This document shows, piece by piece, positions 47,669 to 56,647 of a DNA stretch of 64,000 nucleotides. The stretch comes from a virus (Duplodnaviria > Caudoviricetes). Where the stretch lies: IMG/VR virus record IMGVR_UViG_3300032138_000009, positions 1 through 64,000 of that record. The stretch is one strand, 5' to 3'. Made by a program: the position numbers and the translations under genes. Each line of letters opens with the position of its first letter. Position 1 is the first letter of the stretch. The notes under the pieces are model-generated. The model had not been told where the DNA came from, did no database searches, and worked only from the letters and a program-made list of their open reading frames with translations.

Positions 47669-48010
47669 TTAATCCTCTTCCTCAATCTTAGCGAACTCTT
47701 CACCAATGATTGTTGATTTATGCATCTCAGTCTCAGCCCATGGGACTATAGTTCCTGAGAGTCCTGTAATGGAATCGGTGACTCCACTCCATGCGTATGT
47801 TGCTATATCATTAGGGTCGTCCCCTGCTTTGATATCTGCGTTTGGGACAACAGTGTCCCAGTATCCAGAAAGGCCATTTGGACTGCATACAGCTCTAAAT
47901 CCTACACAAACCCCTGTTGGGTCTACGTTAGGATATACTTCGTAGCGTGCTACGTATACATCTGCATAACATCCATCGTTTCCGGAACATTTTATAGTTA
48001 TTACTGCCAT
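47669..48010 (-). CDS. Hypothetical 113-aa protein
   Basis: Strong AAAGGT SD; intact ORF. Confidence 0.6.
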   Translation of the reverse strand: MAVITIKCSGNDGCYADVYVARYEVYPNVDPTGVCVGFRAVCSPNGLSGYWDTVVPNADIKAGDDPNDIATYAWSGVTDSITGLSGTIVPWAETEMHKSTIIGEEFAKIEEED

Positions 48011-48035
48011 ATTAATTACCTTTTTTATCTTTGCG

Positions 48036-48191
48036 TTAATATTTACGCTTTTTTACTCGCTTCTTTTTCGCTTTAGGCTTCACTTTTTTAGGGAGCTTAC
48101 GCTTCTTCGGCGTCTCCTTCTCCCATTTTTTCGCCATCTTCGGCTTGTTCTTGTACATCCAAGCCCTCTGCTTCTGACTCTTGAACGGCAT
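48036..48191 (-). CDS. 51-aa highly basic putative DNA-binding protein
   Basis: Not in track; MPFKSQKQRAWMYKNKPKMAKKWEKETPKKRKLPKK...; 25/51 K+R; GGAG SD. Confidence 0.65.
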   Translation of the reverse strand: MPFKSQKQRAWMYKNKPKMAKKWEKETPKKRKLPKKVKPKAKKKRVKKRKY

Positions 48192-48477
48192 CTTCTTCGT
48201 TCTCCTTTTGTAATTCTTCTATATATAATTGCCAATCTGGAATCATATCATTCTTATCAAGGAATGCTTGAAGAATTTCGTTGTTCTGTTGTAATGCTCC
48301 TTGCATTTCACCAACAGCTTTTTCTGCTTGTGTGAGTCTATCACCCAACATTCGAGTTTGGCCTACAAGCCAATTCATGTTTTCCATAGTCTGAGCTGGT
48401 CCAGAACCCTTTTCAAGTTCCTTTGCCCATGCTTCTACGTCGTTCATACGTTTCTCTAGTCTTTTTAGGTTTGCCAT
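48097..48477 (-). CDS. Coiled-coil hypothetical protein
   Basis: AAGGTG SD; heptad pattern; acidic tail overlaps the basic gene. Confidence 0.6.
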   Translation of the reverse strand: MANLKRLEKRMNDVEAWAKELEKGSGPAQTMENMNWLVGQTRMLGDRLTQAEKAVGEMQGALQQNNEILQAFLDKNDMIPDWQLYIEELQKENEEDAVQESEAEGLDVQEQAEDGEKMGEGDAEEA

Positions 48478-48497
48478 TTTTATTCACCTTTTTCATT

Positions 48498-49562
48498 TTA
48501 TCCGCAAGAGCAATATTTCTCTTTGCAGACGTTTAACTCATGTAACTTATCACATGAGTACCTATTTATACCTTTCGCTCTAAGAGCATCTATTTTACTT
48601 CCTGCTTTATCGGGGTCGTTATGATACCATCCCCAATTACCCGCAGGCTCATTATAGATACTTTTAAAGACAAAGGATATGTCCTTATCGGACCATCCAG
48701 CGTTGATTAACTCAAACGCTATGACCTTATTATCGTCGTGGCTGCTCTGTCCACGCTTTATATTACGCTCTATTAGCTCTATTATACACTCTCTAGGGGG
48801 CTTAATATATTCACTGGTTATTGGAGCATGTGTAATAGAGCTTGTAGCTTCTCTTATCTTATTAAGCATATAGTCGATACTGTTAGATACAGTATGTCTT
48901 ATATCTCTTTCATCACAAAGGAACTCTACGAAGTTTCGTTGAGCCTTTCCACTTTTTTCAGGAGGAATTATTCTTCCAGTGTCTTCCATAGCGATTGCAT
49001 AAAGTTCTTCTATACTCATTTTCATCACATCATCTACGGAAAATTGAGTGCACCATACACCAGTAGGGGTGCCCTCTATTTTAGATATATAAGCAGTATT
49101 TACTATACGTCTCATACAAGATATACTATTGTTAATACAAATATCATCTAATGTATGTAAAAAGTATTTCTTTTTAAGATGTCTTAAGTATGTTTGTATA
49201 GCTTCCCTTTTTAAATGTCGTGGGATATCTACAGGAGTAACAAAGTCTATATTCATTTGAAATCCTTTTCCACCCGTAAGATATATTCTAGGAATAATCT
49301 TTAAAGGTTTACAATATCTACGTATAAATTTTCTTATATCCTTTAGACATTTATTCACATCCTTATTGTCATCAAAATCGAACCATATGGTATTAATGAG
49401 AGCAGATTCATAATCTGTCTTATCTGTACCGCTGTCTTCAAAGACATAAACACTAGCATAACAGTTCTTTTTACCGTTATACTTATCTATTTGTTCTTCG
49501 AGTCTTTCGACGTCGTGACATTTTGCGATTCTTGCTGGGATTCCGAATTCTCTAAAATACAT
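48498..49562 (-). CDS. Archaeo-eukaryotic primase, PriS-PriL fusion
   Basis: IWFDFD motif I, TGGKGFQ motif II, RRIVNT motif III; C-terminal PPREC...YSC...C...CSC cluster. Confidence 0.8.
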   Translation of the reverse strand: MYFREFGIPARIAKCHDVERLEEQIDKYNGKKNCYASVYVFEDSGTDKTDYESALINTIWFDFDDNKDVNKCLKDIRKFIRRYCKPLKIIPRIYLTGGKGFQMNIDFVTPVDIPRHLKREAIQTYLRHLKKKYFLHTLDDICINNSISCMRRIVNTAYISKIEGTPTGVWCTQFSVDDVMKMSIEELYAIAMEDTGRIIPPEKSGKAQRNFVEFLCDERDIRHTVSNSIDYMLNKIREATSSITHAPITSEYIKPPRECIIELIERNIKRGQSSHDDNKVIAFELINAGWSDKDISFVFKSIYNEPAGNWGWYHNDPDKAGSKIDALRAKGINRYSCDKLHELNVCKEKYCSCG

Positions 49563-49870
49563 ATATCATTCCTTGTTGGTTCTATTATAGCATCTCCTAC
49601 TTTTTCTAATACTTCAATCTTCTGAACCCAATCAGTAGGTATTGCTAGTATATCAATTCCATCTGTGTCAGACCAATGGTGTACCAGTATTAAAGCCTTT
49701 CGGTCTTTAACCACTAATTCACCTACTGTTTCACATACTGCTAAATGTTCTTCTGGGTTAGCACCATTTAGGGTATGTATTTTTATCTGTTCTGCTGCGT
49801 CATTCCATGTGACTTTTACTATGGGGCCCACGCCCCCTATTCCGCTTGCTTCGTTATCCATTCTTTCCAT
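49487..49870 (-). CDS. Small beta-barrel (Sm/SH3-like) hypothetical protein
   Basis: VKVTWNDA...CETVGELV...IPTDWVQKIEVL pattern. Confidence 0.5.
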   Translation of the reverse strand: MERMDNEASGIGGVGPIVKVTWNDAAEQIKIHTLNGANPEEHLAVCETVGELVVKDRKALILVHHWSDTDGIDILAIPTDWVQKIEVLEKVGDAIIEPTRNDICILENSESQQESQNVTTSKDSKNK

Positions 49871-50196
49871 TCCTCGAATAATTGTGACACTATATCGTTA
49901 TCTCCCCACGTAACAAAATACTTTGCATTAGGTGGAGTATCATCAACGAATATTGGATTTTTAGGTCTATCAAATATTAATCTATCATAAGGTATTTGAT
50001 TTATATATAACCAATCTTCTGTCATCATTTTCATTTCCAGAGTATTATTTCTTTCACACCATATAGTTATATGATGTCCTTGTTCTACCAACCACTGCAT
50101 GAACTCTGTAACATTTACTAGTGGTTGTGCGTGTTTCTTTAACAAATCATCTTCTTCTTTACAAATGACCCCATCTAAATTAAAGATGAAATTCAT
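49837..50196 (-). CDS. HAD-superfamily phosphatase-like protein, degenerate active site
   Basis: FNLDGVIC (DxDG with D to N), WCER, FDRP, FVDD. Confidence 0.65.
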   Translation of the reverse strand: MNFIFNLDGVICKEEDDLLKKHAQPLVNVTEFMQWLVEQGHHITIWCERNNTLEMKMMTEDWLYINQIPYDRLIFDRPKNPIFVDDTPPNAKYFVTWGDNDIVSQLFEEWKEWITKQAE

Positions 50197-51758
50197 TTTT
50201 TCCTCGGCGTTCTCATACCACCTCTAGGTCGAGGTGCTTTCTTTGAACGAGGAACATGTCTTTTCTCCCATACTTTAGCTAAATCTAACCAACGCTGTTC
50301 AATAATAGGCCAATCATATTCTTTTTTAGCTTTAGTACGGGCTGCTTTACCAGCTTTTAATTTTTTATCAGCATTATGATAATAATAATCCAAAGCATCA
50401 GCAATAGCTACCGATGAACATATAGCTCGTTGAGGAGCTGCTCTTGCAGGAGTATCCCACCACATATCTTTATAAGGAAGTAATATACCTGCTTCACATA
50501 TGTCTTCTTCTAGTAGTTTATCTCTGCCATTTATTTTCTCATCACCACCGGGCTTCCCTCCCAAAGGATATAAAGGAATGTCTGCTGTTTCAGGGTTATC
50601 TTCTTTAATTATCTCCCATGCAGTAGTATAGTTAGTTACAGCGACAGGAACCCCGCAAGCCATTGCTTCTATAGTGGGTATACCGAAACCTTCTCCAGCT
50701 GTTGGTAGAACGAATACATCCATACAATTATAGAGATGTACCATACTATCCTCATCTAGTGATTCCCCTGCATCTAAGACTCCCATCAAAGGAGGAAGTA
50801 AATAATCTTCTATCCCATAATCAGCTGCAAAGGAAGGAAATTTCCACCCCATTGCATCATTCCAATCCATATGTAATATAAGTTTAGTATCTTCAGGTGT
50901 TAAGTCATTCCTATCAACAAATTCCTTAAATCCCTTTATTAATTGGGGAATATTTTTTCTATGTTGATTTCTAGCTACACAACCTACGACGAAAGCTCCA
51001 TCAGCTATATCTTTAAGAGGTTTTTTCCCGTATTTAGGTTCTAGTATGGGTTTGAAAAAATTACAATCTACTCCATGAGGTATATACCATGACTCTTCAC
51101 ATCTTTCAAACTCTTCTTCCATACAAAGTTGGCCATATCTAGACATACAAACTTTATAATCTATTTGGTCTAATAATTCTTGCCAGCTATGTATACAGGG
51201 CTGTCCATCAAAAGGTATAGTAGCTGCCCATTTCCATGGTGGGCCTTCTGATACAGCTCTAAAAAGATTATTCATAGTATTCTTTCTTTCTTTTGCTGTT
51301 AACATTTTCCCAGTGTCAGGATTATATAATGGTATGGTGGCTTGTTTAGGTTGTTTAGTTTGTGCTACATGCATAAACATTTGAAAATCTAAATGTGTCC
51401 ATATAATATCTGGTTTAAAATTCTTTGTCCATTCATGAAAACTCTTTTCTCCAAACCTTTCTTGGCCGGGAAACATTATAGGTAAATTCTCCCATGCAAC
51501 AGTTTCTTCAGTTTGTCCTAAAGGCCATTCAGTTTCATATTTAGAATGGGATGGATTTTGACATCCTCCATAACCTACATGATGACCTTCTTTTACTAAA
51601 AGTGCAGATACGTTCTTAGTGTTGGTTCCAAATCCAGTAGGAGCCCAAGGGCTATCTGATACTGGCATTATTCTCAACTTACCTTTCTTAGGAGTATCGA
51701 ACTTTATTTCCTTATTTGGTTCGGGCTTAAGGCCCACAGGCTTTTGTGGCTGTATCAT
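50193..51758 (-). CDS. GT-B (GT4-like) glycosyltransferase
   Basis: VARNQHRKNIP; FVLPTAGEGFGIPTIEAMACGVPVAVTN. Confidence 0.9.
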   Translation of the reverse strand: MIQPQKPVGLKPEPNKEIKFDTPKKGKLRIMPVSDSPWAPTGFGTNTKNVSALLVKEGHHVGYGGCQNPSHSKYETEWPLGQTEETVAWENLPIMFPGQERFGEKSFHEWTKNFKPDIIWTHLDFQMFMHVAQTKQPKQATIPLYNPDTGKMLTAKERKNTMNNLFRAVSEGPPWKWAATIPFDGQPCIHSWQELLDQIDYKVCMSRYGQLCMEEEFERCEESWYIPHGVDCNFFKPILEPKYGKKPLKDIADGAFVVGCVARNQHRKNIPQLIKGFKEFVDRNDLTPEDTKLILHMDWNDAMGWKFPSFAADYGIEDYLLPPLMGVLDAGESLDEDSMVHLYNCMDVFVLPTAGEGFGIPTIEAMACGVPVAVTNYTTAWEIIKEDNPETADIPLYPLGGKPGGDEKINGRDKLLEEDICEAGILLPYKDMWWDTPARAAPQRAICSSVAIADALDYYYHNADKKLKAGKAARTKAKKEYDWPIIEQRWLDLAKVWEKRHVPRSKKAPRPRGGMRTPRKK

Positions 51759-51767
51759 TGTAAGACC

Positions 51768-51962
51768 TCACTGTTTAATAGCGATGATGTCTTTTTTATT
51801 AACAATAACAGTTCCTTTATCTCCTGTAAGATATACAAAATTATCGTCGTCATTTGTTATCATTCCTCTTCCAACTTTCGTTCTCTCTTCTTCACGCCAC
51901 ACAACCTTAACTTCAGCTTCTTTAAGAAACGAAGAAAGCCTTTTACTATCATTTTCATCCAT
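51768..51962 (-). CDS. Small Sm-like fold protein
   Basis: VKVVW...GMITNDDDNFVYL...VIVNKKDIIAI pattern. Confidence 0.45.
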   Translation of the reverse strand: MDENDSKRLSSFLKEAEVKVVWREEERTKVGRGMITNDDDNFVYLTGDKGTVIVNKKDIIAIKQ

Positions 51963-52029
51963 TTTATCACTCTTTTTATTATTTGGAGCGACACACGTGC
52001 CGTCCTAGAGAATATATATTTAAACATAG

Positions 52030-52038
52030 TATATAAAG
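52030..52038 (-). promoter_or_regulatory. TATA box (CTTTATATA) for the GT/primase operon
   Basis: Intergenic between PolB stop and 51962 start; second TATA-like run adjacent. Confidence 0.65.
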
Positions 52039-52047
52039 TTTTTGGCA

Positions 52048-54267
52048 TCACATCCACTCCATTAGGCTTTGTTGTTTTTTATCTACTAAGGTCAGTGGGG
52101 GTTTCTTTTTAACCCATTCTGATAATGAAAACTTCTGTAATAAAACACTTATGGTATCCCAATAGTAGAAAATATCAATTTCTTCTACATCCTTTACCAA
52201 TTCTTTTATTTTATATCCATCTTTAGTTCTCACATAATAAAAGGTTGTCCCCGCTGAAGGAGTCATTCCAATTGATTCACCTTGAGCTATTAGTTTTAGT
52301 ATTAAATCAGTTTCAGACTTATAATCTTCCTTCTTCCTATGCATAGCTCTACGCATAATAAAATCAGAAAGTTCATATTCTTGTAAGTCATATAATTTAT
52401 CTACAAAGTCACCATTAATAGTATTATTCATACGTCCATCTATTATTTTATCTAATACTTTAAGGTAGAACTTAGAACGACTTGTAGATTTAAAAGTACT
52501 TCCATGTTTGATTAAACTTCCATCTTCATTTCTAAGCACATAGTTTCCTATCTGCAACCACACACCCTCTTTATAGTAGTCTTTATCCATAGTTATATGC
52601 TCAGGCTCACAACTACTAAAAGAATGTTTCATTAAAATTCTTAATCTTTTAACTAACCAATCAACATCCACATCAACATTAGTATTAATCCCATCAGTGT
52701 GTACATATACCACAGCATCTTCTCCATACCTAGCACGGATGACGTCGACACCCGCCAAGAGTAACCAACGGGCAACCGCTGTGATAGTGAGCCCCACACC
52801 CATATCACCGTAAGAAATATAAGGATTAGCATTTGCACCATAGAAAGTATTCACCATGATTTTAAGAGCATTAGATTTACTCTTATCTTCTTTCGTGGAA
52901 CCAAGTTTATAAGGTTTTCGCATTTCCTTAAATTCAGCACACATATTATATAGACAGCTCTTCTCAGAGTGGTCTATTTTAAGCATTACTCTTTTACCCA
53001 CCTTGTTGTCAGGTACATAAAGTATGCCATCTTTCTCTTCTAATATATCTGAGTAGTCATCATAGCCTACAATTCTAGAGGTATCTGGGCCCAAATTAAG
53101 CGCCATAGCTATAGAAGGATAGAAAGAACCAAAGTCTACCTTTATATTTCTCTCATGGTATCCAGCTTGATATAGTTCAATATGAGCAGCTTGATAGTTA
53201 CCTTTATCAGCTTTATAAATCTCTGGGTGACGCTCTTTGTTTCTATCTAACGTTACTATACGTTGCTCAAATAAGCTCCTACCTTGTAAAATTTTAGTTA
53301 TATAACTTGCTGGAGCATTGACATATGTTGCCAGTGGAACGCATAGTGTCTCTGCGACATACTGTATTTGGGGAAAGTAGTGATTATATAAAAACATGGT
53401 ACAATCTACATCAGATAAGACGTAGTCATTTATTTCTTCCATGCTATAATCGAGAAGGTCTTTGTTCCCAAAATCAAGCTCTAAGGGGTCTAACCCAAAG
53501 CTCTGAGACACAGACTTTAGACCTCGGGGAATCCCTGATAGGGAATAGTCTAGTCTTGTCCAACGTAGTAAATCGAGGATTATGCGTCCTCCAGCGTTCA
53601 TCTTTAAATCTTTCTGGTCTTTAGGGTTTTCCCAACCCCAAACAGAATTATCTCTATTAAGAATTTTCTTATATCCTTTAAGCCCATGAAACCTAGCCCT
53701 ATGTAATATTTGTGGTATATCATAACCTACTAAGTTATAACCAACCAATATGTCAGGGTCATAGTCATTAATATATTCGGCAAACTTAAGTATAACATTC
53801 CTATCATCTTCACCATCCCATAACAACACATCACGCTCTCCAGTGGAAGTTACTATACCTATCGCTACGACAGGATACTTCTCTCCAAAAGGAAAGGAGC
53901 CATCTGGAGAATGAGTTTCTATATCGAATACGAGAGTTTTTAAAGGGTCCGTATTTGGATATTCTTTAAAGAACTCAGGATGTTCTATAAGTAGTCGTTC
54001 AAGCAGGGCTTCTCTTCCACCATCATAAAGCGCTTGTGGTGGAACTGTATCACTCATAGGTAAATACTCATGTTTAGTTAGTTTTACAGTTTTATCACTC
54101 GCAATAGTTCTATATTTAGAACCTTCTTCATTTTGTAAATAGTAATAAGGACTATAAGGACTCTTAACTGCTTCAGTTTTTCCATTCCTATATACTTTAA
54201 CTTTAAGAGATTTATCCCTTAAGTCTATAGTTCTATGGTTAATCGTTGCTATCAGTGGTACTTTCAT
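52048..54267 (-). CDS. polB: Family B DNA polymerase with 3'-5' exonuclease and C-terminal PIP box
   Basis: FDIET, GYNLVGYDI, YVLSD; DFGSFYPS, KIMVNTFYG, VHTDG; QQSLMEWM. Confidence 0.95.
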   Translation of the reverse strand: MKVPLIATINHRTIDLRDKSLKVKVYRNGKTEAVKSPYSPYYYLQNEEGSKYRTIASDKTVKLTKHEYLPMSDTVPPQALYDGGREALLERLLIEHPEFFKEYPNTDPLKTLVFDIETHSPDGSFPFGEKYPVVAIGIVTSTGERDVLLWDGEDDRNVILKFAEYINDYDPDILVGYNLVGYDIPQILHRARFHGLKGYKKILNRDNSVWGWENPKDQKDLKMNAGGRIILDLLRWTRLDYSLSGIPRGLKSVSQSFGLDPLELDFGNKDLLDYSMEEINDYVLSDVDCTMFLYNHYFPQIQYVAETLCVPLATYVNAPASYITKILQGRSLFEQRIVTLDRNKERHPEIYKADKGNYQAAHIELYQAGYHERNIKVDFGSFYPSIAMALNLGPDTSRIVGYDDYSDILEEKDGILYVPDNKVGKRVMLKIDHSEKSCLYNMCAEFKEMRKPYKLGSTKEDKSKSNALKIMVNTFYGANANPYISYGDMGVGLTITAVARWLLLAGVDVIRARYGEDAVVYVHTDGINTNVDVDVDWLVKRLRILMKHSFSSCEPEHITMDKDYYKEGVWLQIGNYVLRNEDGSLIKHGSTFKSTSRSKFYLKVLDKIIDGRMNNTINGDFVDKLYDLQEYELSDFIMRRAMHRKKEDYKSETDLILKLIAQGESIGMTPSAGTTFYYVRTKDGYKIKELVKDVEEIDIFYYWDTISVLLQKFSLSEWVKKKPPLTLVDKKQQSLMEWM

Positions 54268-54359
54268 AATTTACCGTTTATCTCCTTCAACACTTTAAGT
54301 ATTGACCTCAAAGTTGAGGCAGATGTATCAATCTTCGTTGCTTTCGCCATCCTTTTCAT
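54264..54359 (-). CDS. 31-aa basic micro-protein coupled to polB
   Basis: MKRMAKATKIDTSASTLRSILKVLKEINGKL; ATGA overlap with polB start. Confidence 0.4.
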   Translation of the reverse strand: MKRMAKATKIDTSASTLRSILKVLKEINGKL

Positions 54360-54597
54360 TTCCTTCTTCTATATCCCATTCTTCTATCAACCATATAGCT
54401 TCTCTTATTCCATTAGCTAAAGCTGTATGATACTTTTGGTCTATATTCATCTCATCATCCCAACTTGCTGATGCTATTTTAATCTCATCTTCTAGTTGTA
54501 TAGCCATCATCTTATGGTAATTTACTGCACTATACAATAAATCAATCCATTGTTCACGCTTTTTTTCACTATCCACTGATAATTGATTAGTTTTCAT
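54328..54597 (-). CDS. Hypothetical helical protein
   Basis: 89-aa ORF coupled in operon. Confidence 0.55.
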   Translation of the reverse strand: MKTNQLSVDSEKKREQWIDLLYSAVNYHKMMAIQLEDEIKIASASWDDEMNIDQKYHTALANGIREAIWLIEEWDIEEGNEKDGESNED

Positions 54598-54907
54598 TTC
54601 TATATAATTCAGCTTCTTCTGGAGTCATTCTATTAAATAGTTTATCCATATTATTAGTCATTAGTTCTGAAATTTTAATGTCATATACATCACATAAGCG
54701 TTGTAGATACCATAAGACATCTCCGAGCTCATCTATAATAAGGTCAGTATTGTCTACTCTATCTCTTATTTCTTTCTTATATGCTCCACCAACTTCACCA
54801 GCTTCATTCATCAAACCTATCATTAGGTATTCTTTCTCTCTACGTTTAGGATACTTCGCTGTTCTGCGAGTAAAATCCTTATATGTTTCTTCTATTCCTT
54901 TTACCAT
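54587..54907 (-). CDS. mazG: MazG-like NTP pyrophosphohydrolase
   Basis: GLMNEAGEV...DELGDVLWY motifs. Confidence 0.9.
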   Translation of the reverse strand: MVKGIEETYKDFTRRTAKYPKRREKEYLMIGLMNEAGEVGGAYKKEIRDRVDNTDLIIDELGDVLWYLQRLCDVYDIKISELMTNNMDKLFNRMTPEEAELYRNEN

Positions 54908-55221
54908 ATGTTTATCTCCTCTGGTATTCTTTTATTTCTTATCATCCACATTCTCTGAGCAGGTAAGTATCTATATACTAAATCTGCCTTCTTATCTGAT
55001 TGTATAACCCAAGGTTTTACTATCACTAAGTCATTCATACGAACCCACATACGTTTCTTTAGTCTGCCGGGTATACGTATCATTCTTGTTAGACCATCTT
55101 CACAAAGAGCTATAAGTCTAGAACCTCCTGACATTTCTTTTACTACCCCAAGTAGTTCATTATGTCTAGGTATTCTAGCTCTCTTTATAATGGGACTTGA
55201 TTCTTTCGATTTCTTCTTCAT
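54901..55221 (-). CDS. eif1a: Archaeal translation initiation factor 1A
   Basis: RIP...ELLGVV...CEDG..R..RIPGRLKKRMWVR..DLVIVKPW...KADLVYRY matches aIF-1A; GGAG SD before ATG 55221. Confidence 0.9.
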   Translation of the reverse strand: MKKKSKESSPIIKRARIPRHNELLGVVKEMSGGSRLIALCEDGLTRMIRIPGRLKKRMWVRMNDLVIVKPWVIQSDKKADLVYRYLPAQRMWMIRNKRIPEEINIW

Positions 55222-56647
55222 TATAGTCTCCTTCTGCGTGCAGTAAGAACTCTTCAAAACTTTTTATCCTTGAGTCTTTATATGTCTTAAAGGGTTCATA
55301 TGCATCTGTCTCTATATCTATCGCTGTCTTTGCTCTCTCACCCAGCTTAATGTCGTCGCCAGTAAACGGGTCAACAATTTTGATATCGCTACAAAAGCGC
55401 CCCCCGTATTCCACAGCCACGGCAGGCCAGTTTTTTGCCATAAAGTCTTTTGTTTCTTCAATTAATTCACTCCAATTTATTTTTGCTACAGGTTCCTCAA
55501 AGAGAGGACTCTTGTAATATAATTTCTTACCCTTATCTTCATCCATTTCTAGGAATCCAGTCATAAGTAGGGCTCCTAATATGGGTTCTATCTTAGTGAA
55601 AGGTAAGCCAGCAGCCTTAGCTGCTTTCTTTATCTCATTAGTAGACATACGAATAGTGTCGCCATCTGCAAACCCAAACCTATCTATCCTAGTGTTAGGA
55701 AATAATTTCAGTATGTCAGTACCATGACTAGGCATATGGAGACATTCAGACACAAAGGAATTAAGATAGATGCGTAAACCTAACCAATTATGTTTGGGGG
55801 TTACTAAACCATATTGGGTTCCATCTTTCTCTACCCTAAGTATCTCGTCAGGATAAAACCTAGCCACAGCGTTTATAAGTTTCAATAGATATTGCACTTT
55901 AGACCTAGATACAGGAAAAGCACTAGGTATAGCTTCAAATAAGAAAGGCGCACATGGATTTTTTATATGTAGTGCGTCTTCATCATCTCTCTCTATAACA
56001 GCCTTAAGCACATGTTCTTTTAACTTCTCTATCTCTTCATCAGACATAGTTGTTAGTTTAGTTTTAGGAACTGCACTATCCATTAGTTTATGCTTAAGCA
56101 CTCTTTCAGTCTGCTCTACAGTAGGATTAGTATGCATTATCATACACCTTCTTTCTAATTCCGCATCGAAATAGGCTGCTCCTTTAGTATTCTCTACAGC
56201 TACACACATAAATACATACTTAGCGTATATCTGTGTTTCTACAGTATCCCCTATAGTTACATCAGTTCGCTTTCTAAATGCACTCCTTCCATCACCCCAT
56301 GTTTTAACTACTTCTATTACTGCTTCTGGTAGTTTCTGAGCTTCAGGTATAGCTATAAATCTAGCTCTGTTTATCTTCTCAGCATCATACCATACCGCAG
56401 TTTCGGAAAGATGTTCCAATACATAGTAAAACTCTTCGGGCAACAAAGAAAAAATAGCATCCATAATAACAGTCTTTCCTGTTCCTGAGTAAGCCTTTAT
56501 AACAAAGTTATTATCCTCTAAGAGATAGGAAAGGCATGAACTAAGGGCTAGTTCATCCTCTCCTAATATAGGATTTAAAGTGCCATCTTCTTTTCTAACA
56601 TTATGAAAATATCTAGTTAAGTCATACAACTCAAACTTTTTTGGCAT
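55175..56647 (-). CDS. MCM-like AAA+ ATPase/helicase lacking N-terminal domain
   Basis: Walker A AYSGTGKT, atypical Walker B IAIPE, Arg finger LERR, C-terminal winged-helix-like segment. Confidence 0.6.
   Translation of the reverse strand: MPKKFELYDLTRYFHNVRKEDGTLNPILGEDELALSSCLSYLLEDNNFVIKAYSGTGKTVIMDAIFSLLPEEFYYVLEHLSETAVWYDAEKINRARFIAIPEAQKLPEAVIEVVKTWGDGRSAFRKRTDVTIGDTVETQIYAKYVFMCVAVENTKGAAYFDAELERRCMIMHTNPTVEQTERVLKHKLMDSAVPKTKLTTMSDEEIEKLKEHVLKAVIERDDEDALHIKNPCAPFLFEAIPSAFPVSRSKVQYLLKLINAVARFYPDEILRVEKDGTQYGLVTPKHNWLGLRIYLNSFVSECLHMPSHGTDILKLFPNTRIDRFGFADGDTIRMSTNEIKKAAKAAGLPFTKIEPILGALLMTGFLEMDEDKGKKLYYKSPLFEEPVAKINWSELIEETKDFMAKNWPAVAVEYGGRFCSDIKIVDPFTGDDIKLGERAKTAIDIETDAYEPFKTYKDSRIKSFEEFLLHAEGDYNEEEIERIKSHYKES

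Noticed and set aside
3267-54267. Inteins or introns in TerL, NrdJ, PolB
   Set aside because: Lengths are normal and I saw no intein terminal or LAGLIDADG motifs
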